Assembly (NCBI GenBank): GCA_964016885.1
Contig: OZ024740.1
Location: 248,248,001-248,312,000 of the forward strand
Direction: 5' to 3'
Length of the DNA: 64,000 nt
DNA from: Eledone cirrhosa
Lineage: Eukaryota
Under the pieces are notes generated by a model, which worked only from the letters and a program-made list of their open reading frames with translations, was not told the origin of the DNA and did no database searches. Positions 54,485 to 64,000 of this stretch are shown here, in pieces. A program made the translations under genes and the position numbers. Position 1 is the stretch's first letter; every line of letters begins with the position of its first letter.

Positions 54485-54837
54485 CTTTTTTTGTTTAATA
54501 TAAGGAACTGTTTCATTGTTTTATTCATTATTTTTTTAATATTTTATCTTGACTCTGTATTCCGTATATCTTTCACCGAAAGTGATTTTGAATGCATCTC
54601 TTCTTTCCATGATATCCGGATTACATTGAGTTCTTCATACGGATTGGACACTACCGTAAACTCTTGGTAGATTTATCTACATATATATATATATATATTT
54701 AGAAACACACAGATACATGCGGACACACACATATATACATGAATGCATCCGCACCCAACTGTGAGTTAAGGGTGCCAACTTCACCGATTCTTTCTCACGT
54801 CGTGTAGACGCGTTCTTGAGACTAGTAAAATGAGGTA

Positions 54838-54925
54838 TCCTCTTGATAAGTCGGCAGACCTCGCAAGGACTCTATATCTTTGATATATTGTTTTTGTTTA
54901 TGCCACGAAACTACGTAGTCGAGGA
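54838..54925 (+). ncRNA. Type I hammerhead, U3-A8, long stem II (H10)
   Basis: TCCTC-TTGATAA-GTcGGCA...TGCCAC-GAAA-CTACGTAG-TC-GAGGA. Confidence 0.87.
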
Positions 54926-55428
54926 ATTTAGGGGCAGTTTAGGTATGATACATTTTATTACTAATTATATCTAAATGTTTCTTCTCTCTTCATAATGTAT
55001 TTTTAACTCTGATACTGGTTCAGTCTGGTTCAAACTGAATTGGTCTGTCCCAGTCATTCATTGAGCAACATCGGTGAAGTTGGCACCCTTAACTCACAGT
55101 TGGGTGCGGATGCATTCATGTATATATGTGTGTGTCCGCATGTATCTGTGTGTTTCTAAATATATTAATAACTCCCTCTGGTCGAGCAATCTTTGAAGTG
55201 TGGGGACAACTGGAAAGCTTCCATTACTCATACTTCTCGCCTTCTTCACTACCTCTTCTACGGCCTCGATATGAATACCCCCTCCGCCTCCGTGGTATTT
55301 TGTTCGTGGTTATAAGAGGCTTAGCTCTGTTTCTCGACCGTTATATCGCGTGACTATCTCCCCCTCCGCCTTTTGGGATTCTTTCTCACGTCGTGTAGAC
55401 GCGTTCTTGAGACTAGTAAAATGAGGTA

Positions 55429-55516
55429 TCCTCTTGATAAGTCGGCAGACCTCGCAAGGACTCTATATCTTTGATATATTGTTTTTGTTTATGCCACGAA
55501 ACTACGTAGTCGAGGA
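55429..55516 (+). ncRNA. Type I hammerhead, U3-A8, long stem II (H10)
   Basis: Identical to 54838-54925. Confidence 0.87.
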
Positions 55517-55711
55517 ATTTAGGGGCAGTTTAGGTATGATACATTTTATTACTAATTATATCTAAATGTTTCTTCTCTCTTCATAATGTATATATATATA
55601 TATATATATATATATCTAGGCGGGTAAAATTCCCGAGATCCATAGACGAGTTCTCTCCAGCGGTCTCTGTCCCTCATTATCGCTGCCATGTATATATTTT
55701 TTGTATATATA

Positions 55712-55784
<73 letters not shown>

Positions 55785-56131
55785 TATTTTGTGTCTGTAT
55801 TTTTATGTAATTGCATACCTCGTGTATTTGTTTATTTATTTTTCCTCCCTCCCCTCTCTTATCGTTGTCAACGTGCATCCCCTGTCAATTTTTTCATTCT
55901 TTATTTTTTTATTTTTGACTTTGAATATTTTTTGTTCATATTCTTTTATTTATTTATTCATTTTACTTCATGTATATGTATGTATTTGTCCATGCCGGTT
56001 GATACATATACGTTTATGTGACATCTTATGTGTACGTAATTTTTAAGTATATGCGCGTGGTCGAGTGTGTGTATGTTTGTTTATTTATTTATTTTATATA
56101 TATGTGTGTGTGTATATATATATATATATTT

Positions 56132-56241
<110 letters not shown>

Positions 56242-56267
56242 ATATACATATATATATATATATATAA

Positions 56268-56556
56268 TTGGAAATTTAGTAAAATCGAATCTCTGGCGGT
56301 TTGCAAGCAAATTCGGCCTACTTATATGAAATGATGAGTTAGCAAAGCACTCGATAAGGTAGGTCCTTAGAGTAATAACATACGTTTAAAATCGAACATT
56401 GTGGTAGGCAAAATCTAACACACAATAATATACCAAAGTAACGATAGAACTAACAGGTTGAGAAAAATACACCTTGACAAATCAAACGATCAATCGTTTA
56501 AAGTGTTTCTTTGAATCCGAAATCAAATATCAGACTTACGTGACTGGCAAGCTCGT

Positions 56557-56560
<4 letters not shown>
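56268..56560 (-). mobile_element. (TA)n-anchored non-coding repeat
   Basis: Inverted homolog of ~41195-41498. Confidence 0.75.
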
Positions 56561-56599
<39 letters not shown>

Positions 56600-56737
56600 C
56601 TGCTTTCAGTCGTCAGAATGAATAAAACATGGTGTTTTTATTAAATGTGGATTTGAAAACAAAAATCTAAGAAATATGAAAGTGAAGCTGAGGAAACAAC
56701 GAGCGAAGAAGAAAAAAGGGATATATATATATATATA

Positions 56738-57370
56738 TGTAATAAAATATGGAGAAAAATACTGCAGGTAGCGCATGGATAACATGTAATAAAATGAGTC
56801 CCTCATCAGTGATTTGCCGACGATCATAGATATTTCATTGCATTAAAAATCATATACCTCACGTCGGTGCAATAATAACTAAAATAAGTTATTAGGACAA
56901 TTAAAACGCGTAAAGCGAGTGAGACAGGAGAACAACAAAGAGTATACCTAACCGTAGGGGAATGAAACAAGCTTCATAATTATTCTGTTTAGCATAAGCT
57001 AGGTGAATATATGAGCGCTTTAGAAAAAAGACCTGACACGAACGAGGGCCATGTGAGAAGAGAGAAAAATATAGCTTTCGTCGTGTACAGGATGAAGCGA
57101 AGAGAGGAGAAACAGTGAGTGAGTGAAAGTGTGAGGAAGAGCTAACTGACATGACAGAGGGGGCGAAAGAAAGTAGGAGAAACAGAGAGAATGGGGGAAC
57201 AGTAAGAGAGAGAGAGAAAAACACAGAATCGCAGTTTGGGTAAATATATGTAATAAAATATGGAGAAAAATACTGCAGGTAGCGCATGGATAACATGTAA
57301 TAAAATGAGTCCCTCATCAGTGATTTGCCGACGATCATAGATATTTCATTGCATTAAAAATCATATACCT
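56738..57370 (-). mobile_element. pLTR-like element with ~120-bp direct terminal repeats between TA tracts
   Basis: 56738-56859 is repeated at 57249-57370. Confidence 0.75.
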
Positions 57371-57392
57371 ATATATATATATATATATATAT

Positions 57393-57610
57393 CGTTCCAT
57401 CTTGGTGAGGTATTCATAGGGACAAGGCACGACGGTCAAGCGGTAGTAGATGACAGACGCTATGAAAGTGTTTGCCATCTCCGCTCGACCTTTCAAGGAT
57501 AGTTTGCACTCTGCCCACTTCTGGGTGAGCGCAAATACCTTGGCCGTGACCTCGTTCCAGTTTTTCTCCACCTAGAAGTCTGGACCGAACCAGACCCCGA
57601 GCAATTGCTG
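57393..57610 (-). pseudogene. L1/Tx1-like RT C-terminal fragment
   Basis: KW..KLSLKGRA...N..IAS.I.Y motif. Confidence 0.65.
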
Positions 57611-58544
57611 GACGGAAGGACCGGTGAAATTGCTCGGGGGCTGGTTCGGTCCAGGGCCTGTAACCTTATAAGTATCCAACTAAATTCCTTCATGCTCTCC
57701 ACCACTGCAGTCCCACATGTTTACTGCTCTGTAACTATTGCTTTCATTGTACCATAGCACAACAAATAGATGTTCGGTTTGTCGAATACCTTTTTACTTA
57801 ACCCTATCGTCTTGGCTTTCGTGGGTTGAACTTTTACTCTCAGGCACCCAATTAAGTTAAACCCCTGGTAATCTACGACGAATTTCTTTTATAAGCACAA
57901 AATGTAGACACCATCCCCAGGCTTAGGTATTCTGTACGTCTCTGTACTGTTTCAGAAAGGAGGGATAAACATGGCAAGCTATGTTTAGAATCCCGAGCAA
58001 CGGGCCATTCATCTAGTACTGTACTATACTATATATTTTCAACAGTAATACTCGAATTCCTTTTACAAGCTACCAGGCAAGCAAGTTCGTTTATCGTATT
58101 CTGCTTGTAATGTCTATAAATTCACTTATTTTTCTTTGCCGCCCAAAGACATAGATAGACATCTAGACTTACTCAGTATTTATACTTACTTATCTATCTC
58201 ACATTCCCACCCCCACACCATCATAGACTTATTGACCAATCAAACCACAACATACCTTCATCCATCACCCGCGCAACAAATGTTACTAGTAGTTATAATT
58301 ATCTTTCTAAAACCATTCTCCTCTTGAGAAATCTGTCTATTGTTGTCTATGGATGAGCTGAAGATGATGAACAACTTGGGATGAATATGAACCCACACGT
58401 TTCCAGGCGACTATGCGAATCCTTAATTCAAATACAGAAAACATACACCCACCCCCTACTCCGCAAAAGCCCACCCTCCCCTATTGACGTCAAACCCTCA
58501 AATTCCGAATAGGCACCATCAATGTGAGCATAATGAAAGGAAGA

Positions 58545-60175
58545 ACATCCGCTTACTCACCCCAATCTGGGTTGCCAGACGAATTTAAGGGTAGGTTTTA
58601 TGAGTCCCGAATGCACACTACTACTCTAACAAATGACAATGACTTTCTACTTGTTGCAGGGGACTTTAACAGACATGTTGGGAAACATAGTGATGGTTTC
58701 TACAGTGTCCATGTAGGCTATGGGTTTGACGTAAAAAATGAAGAAGGTTACAGGCTTCTAGAATTCTCCGACACCAATGACTTGTCGATATGTAACACAA
58801 ACTTCAAAAAATCCGAAAACCACCTGATCACCCATAGATCCGGGGAGCCTACTAACCAGATAGATTTTATCCTTACCAAAGGACGAGATAGATGGATGGT
58901 TCTAAACACGAGAGCCTTCCCGGGAGAGGAATGTACCTCCCAACACAGCCTAGTAGTCAGCTACCTCACTGTCAGAGCTAGATGAACTTTGAAACAAAAG
59001 GCAACCTGCAGAAGAAAGATCTGGAAGCTGAAAGACCCCTCAGCCAGTAACAAATTTAGAGATATTTTACTTGACGCTTACGATGGTAAAGAACAGATAG
59101 AGGCATTCAATGTAGAAGACTACTGGGAGTTCCTAAAAAATAACCTACTAAAGGTGACAGACGAAATCTGTGGTTGGGACAAGACTACAGGGAGAAGGGA
59201 GTGACTTGGTGGTGGAACAATAAGGTAGATGAAACAATTAAGGCCAAGAGAGATGCATGGAAATAATGGAAGAACGGGGCAAGAAGGGTACATTACATAG
59301 AGACCAGGAGGGAAGCTAGGCGACAAGTATACTTTAGAAGGGAAGCGGAGGATAACAATTTCAAACATGTTTTGCAACGTGAGGACCAGAAACAGGATTG
59401 CGAGGCAGTGTGTAGAGAAAATTGTGATGTCATCGGTGAGAAGTGCGTCCGGGATGATAAAGGTGCACTTGCCATCACAGATGCTGAGAATAAAGATGTG
59501 TGGAAGAGCCATTATGAAAAATTACTGAATGAAGAGAATGCATGGGAGAAAGAGACCCTACAAAAGCACTATTGAGGCTCTCTCTCTTCCTTGTGAGACA
59601 GTTACAGGAAAAGTACCGAGCTAAAAATAAGCCCCTCTACCTAGCATTTGTTGATCTGGAGAAAGCTTTCGACAGAGTGCCCCGTGACATAATTTGGTGA
59701 GTTCTTAGAAAAGTAGGAGTAGATGAATGGCTTGTGAAGGCTGTACAAGCCATGTATTGAGGAGCAGTCAGCAAAGTTAGGATTAACAATGACTATAGCG
59801 AGGAATTTAGTGTACAAGTTGGCGTCCACCAGGGCTCTGTCCTTATCCCACTCCTGTTTATTATCGTTTTGCAGGCTATAAGAGAGGAATTTAAGACTGG
59901 CTGCCCATGGAAACTTCTGTACGCGGATGATCCATGGAAACTTCTGTACGCTCATAGTTGAATCCATAGTGGAAGTAGAGAAGAAATTCCAAACATGGAA
60001 GCGGAGACAAGAAAGAAGAGGTCTTAAAGTCAACCTGACAAAGACTAAGGTCCTAGTAAGTAGAAGAAAAAACATAACCCAGATCCCCTCGGGAAAATGG
60101 CCGTGTTTAGTATGTAGGAAAGGCATTAGTAGAAACTCCATCGTCTTCCCCAAATGCAAACTGTGGGTACACAAT
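58545..60175 (+). mobile_element. RTE-clade LINE, decayed APE plus RT
   Basis: AYSPQSG; VAGDFNRHVG; NQIDFIL; SQHSLVV; FVDLEKAFDRVP; GVHQGSVLIPLLF; YADD. Confidence 0.9.
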
Positions 60176-60467
60176 TTTACGTCTTGATGTGGTAGCTAAG
60201 TATATGTTATGTTTATACCATTATTTATTTGTATAGGTAAGTATATATTACCTGTATGTTTTGTGAAGGTACGTATACTTTCTCGTACGTATACTTGATT
60301 GTATATGTTATGGCGTATATATTATATATTCTGGTACATATGCTTTCCATTTATCGTTTTACTCACTCGATTAACTCACTCGATATGCAAATTAGGCTGC
60401 TCAGCCGTTAATATGCATAAGGAAAGTAAATACTTTCAGACGTTCAATCATCTGGCAGGAAGGTATA

Positions 60468-60508
60468 CGGGGCTGACGATAGCTAATAAGCTTGAAACTA
60501 GTACATCG
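60468..60508 (+). ncRNA. Type I minimal hammerhead (H11)
   Basis: CGGGG-CTGACGA-t-AGCT aata AGCT-t-GAAA-CTAG-TA-CATCG. Palindrome ACTAGT. Confidence 0.78.
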
Positions 60509-60799
60509 TTCCTTTGCCAGTGTTGAACTAAAGGGCAACGATGGTTGCTAAACACTGTACGGCTTAATTCGGGATGTTTGTTTACAAACAAACCGAGCAT
60601 TATAATAAATGTTCAGTAAATCCATACGTACATATATATATGTGTGCATGTATGTATATATATACATACTACTGTACGTCTGTATACATATATGTATGTA
60701 CGTATACATACTTATATTTAAGTAACAGCCGTACTAAGAGGGAGAAATGAAATTTCGTTTCATTTTCTCCATATATACGCTCTGTTCCCCCCCCCCGGT

Positions 60800-62763
60800 T
60801 CCTTTCCCTGTTCTAGGCCCCGCTGCAACACCTGTCCCCACATCACCAACACTACCACCTTCCAGGGTCCCAACGGCCACTCTCTCTCGGTCCGGCATGC
60901 CTTCCGCTGCACCTCCTCCAACCTAGTCTACGGACTTCGCTTATGTCGGACAGACGGGACGTCGCCTGGCGGACCGAGTCACGGAGCACCTCCGGGATAT
61001 TCGTCTCGGGGGCAGTTCCCCCATCGCCCGCCACTTTGGTGGCCCTGACATTCCGCACGCCATCTCACAGTCTGTGGCCTACTCCAGTGCCACGGAACCC
61101 CCGCCAATCGCCTTACGGTCGAACAACGAACTATCTTCATCTTACAGACCCACACTCCCCCCGGCCTGAACTCCCCACCCTTATTCCTTTAGCCTTCGAC
61201 CGCCCCCTCCCCCCCACACTTATCCCCAACTAACACCACTAACACACCCCTCCTTTTCACCGCCCACCCCACAACTAACAATATTAACACCTCCACTCCA
61301 CCCCTCATCTGACCACCCATCCCCAACTAACATACTAACATCCCTTCCCTCCCCTCTTCTCCTCCTCCCCCCTCCTTATCACACGCACACACCCACCGGC
61401 ACATATATACATGCGCTCACACTAAACACACACCCTACTACCACCACTAACCCTCACCCCCACACCTCTCACCCCCACACCTCCATCCCACCACCCCGCA
61501 ACTAACCTCACTAACACCCCCTAACCCCAAGCACATGAACACACGCACCCACTTACACCACCCACCCCACACGCAACTAACATCACTAACACCCCCAACC
61601 CCACGCACACGTACCCACACACCCTCGTACACCACCAACTCTACACACCCTACCACCACTAACCCCCACTCACACCTGCATTCAACCCCTCCCCACCTCC
61701 CGTATACTAACACCCACTAACACCTCTTCATCAAACTACACACACACCAGTACACTACACTCCCTCCATAGAACCACACACACCCTTCTCTCCCCGCTCC
61801 ACCCACACCCTCGCTCCACACTCACTCATCCCACTAACACCCCTACTAATACACACACACACATCCTCCTCACTCCAACTTTCACACCTACCCATCCTCG
61901 CCCCTTTACCATTCCACCGACTGCTGCTATGCCCTCTGACCACCTCCCAGCACAAACAGACCACAGCACTCCCACTGCTGACCACTTCATGTTGCGCGCG
62001 TACCCCACATCTCTCCTCTTCCGACCATCGCTTCATGGAATACCCACACGCAGAAATTGACCAGCCACCAATCCACTAAACATCTTCGGAATTTACCAAC
62101 TTTTCAACCATCCTCTTACGTAATCACCTATATAACTCACCCACACACACACCCCAAAAAAATTTTTTTCTCCACACGCCACCTACACCCACAACACGCT
62201 TAAACCCCACACACACGTGCTTTCCACCACATATCTACACCCTCAGCCTCCTGATTCCTCTCCCCCCACCCCTCTATCCACACACGCACAGACACTCCGA
62301 CCCCCCCCCCCCACACACACCTCTTCCTGAACATGCAACCCCGTTCTTCCCCCAACCCTTACTTTCACATACACACACACACACACACACACGCGCACAC
62401 CTACACACACACACACCACCTTCAGCCCTCCCCGCTCGGACACACCGTCTCCCTCTCCCCACTCCACCCGCCACCACCCCTACACAGCCCACACCCTTCC
62501 ACCACCTGTTTAACCCCCTTTTAATTTCAGTTTATTTTGATCATGCCTTTATTTTTAAATTTATCTTTATTTTTTATTTTTTCATTCGCACCGTTTCCTT
62601 TCGCTATATGTCCCTCCACCACTCCTCTACACACCCTTTGAACTCTGTTCCCACACACTTCCCACCTCCACCAACACCCCACCAACACCCCACTCTCCAG
62701 AGCGTGAAATTAATAAACATTTGTTGTACTGCCTCTCTGTTTTGTCCCTGTTCAAATTTTTCC

Positions 62764-62766
<3 letters not shown>
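60800..62766 (+). mobile_element. Neptune-like PLE 3' part: Cys linker, GIY-YIG relic, long C-rich 3' UTR
   Basis: PCSRPRCNTCPHI; FRCTSSNLVY; YVGQTGRRLADRVTEHLRDI (frames not in the ORF track). Ends at (TA)n. Confidence 0.85.
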
Positions 62767-62819
<53 letters not shown>

Positions 62820-62965
62820 TATATTCGTGTCCAGATATTTTTGCATACACAATAACAAAATATAAACAAACGTATTTATTTCACGAGGCTCGATAAGGAT
62901 AAATATATATCAAATATATAAGAACCCTAGAGCAAATCCCGAGCCACGCCGGGCGATTCTGCTAG

Positions 62966-63718
62966 TACTATATATTTTCAACAGTAATACTGTACTATAT
63001 ATTTTCAACGGTAATACTATACAATATATTTTCAACAGTAATACTATACTATATGTTTTCAACAATAATATTATACTATATATTTTCAACAGTAATACTA
63101 TACTATACATTTTAAACAGTACTACTATACTATACTATATATTTTCAACAGTAATACCGTACTATATATTTTCAACAGTAATACTGTACTGTACTATACT
63201 TTTTGAACAGTAATGCTATACTATATATTTTCAACAGTAATACTGTACTGTACTATATGTTTTCAAAAGTAATACTATACTATATATTTTCAAGATTAAT
63301 ACTATACTATACTATATATTTTCAACAGTAAAACTACACTATATATTTTCAACAGTGATACTATACCATACTATATATTTTCAACAGTAATACTATACTA
63401 TACTATATATTTTCAACAGTAATACTGCACTATATATTTTCAACAGTGATACTATACCATACTATATATTTACAACTGTAATACTATACTATACTATATA
63501 TTTTCAACAGTAATACTGTACTATACTATATATTTTCAACAGTAATACTGTACTATATATTTTCAACAGTAATACTATACTATATATTTTCAACAGTAAT
63601 ACTGCACTATATATTTAAAACAGTAATACTATACTATATAAATTCAACAGCAATACTATACTATATATTTTCAACAGTAATACTGTACTATACTATATAT
63701 TTTCAACAGTAATACTAT
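62966..63718. repeat. Minisatellite, ~27-32-bp unit (TACTA)1-2 TACTATATATTTTCAACAGTAA
   Basis: About 25 units. A single unit occurs at ~58017-58052. Confidence 0.93.
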
Positions 63719-63812
63719 TCTACGCAGACGGCTTATCGACTGTTTATTCAAGCGAAGCTAGGGTACGTCAGCTATTATATATATCTGGATGGTAGCCGGA
63801 CGGGTCAGCTAG

Positions 63813-63892
<80 letters not shown>

Positions 63893-63895
<3 letters not shown>

Positions 63896-64000
63896 TGTTA
63901 TACTTTGGGAGGGTCATGTTGCCAATAAGAAACACACGCACCAGTTGCTTTCACTTCAATTTATTATAATAAATTTATAAATTTAGGAATTTATAAATTT
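63893..64000. repeat. Interspersed repeat abutting (TA)n
   Basis: Near-identical to 41506-41620. Confidence 0.8.

Larger units (their letters stand above)
54695..55590. mobile_element. 591-bp tandem non-coding element plus inverted 5' fragment (H10)
   Basis: 54786-55000 is repeated at 55377-55590. 54695-54788 is an inverted copy of ~55069-55165. Confidence 0.85.

Noticed and set aside
62966-63718. Regular ~30-bp repeats resembling a CRISPR array
   Set aside because: No unique spacers and no cas genes, in a eukaryotic context. It is a minisatellite.

Overview
AT-rich, microsatellite-dense eukaryotic DNA with no recognisable host gene. The SINE type and repeat landscape suggest an octopod cephalopod (inference). 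Nearly all non-microsatellite sequence is transposon-derived: Penelope-like elements (PLEs) of at least three types (Hydra-like CxC/GIY-YIG, Penelope/Poseidon-like, Neptune-like), RTE, CR1-group and Tx1-like LINE relics, a tRNA-derived SINE, Helitron pieces, and three LTR families including two non-coding two-LTR elements primed by tRNA-Trp. The main signal is not in the ORF track. By eye I find about 30 type I hammerhead ribozyme (HHR) motifs from a dozen or more families, mostly in short non-coding elements ending in (TA)n. Most have a palindromic stem III. Many have non-canonical cores (U3-A8 instead of C3-G8; C4 instead of U4), an unpaired 10.1-11.1 position, or 50-115 nt stem II insertions. 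Several sit in tandem 320-, 540- or 590-bp units (retrozyme-like), and many insertions are head-to-head inversions with both 3' ends facing (TA)n. One LTR element has a 32-nt tRNA-Trp copy with a mismatch exactly at tRNA position 58. Everything was read manually; ribozyme activity is untested and element boundaries without TSDs are approximate.
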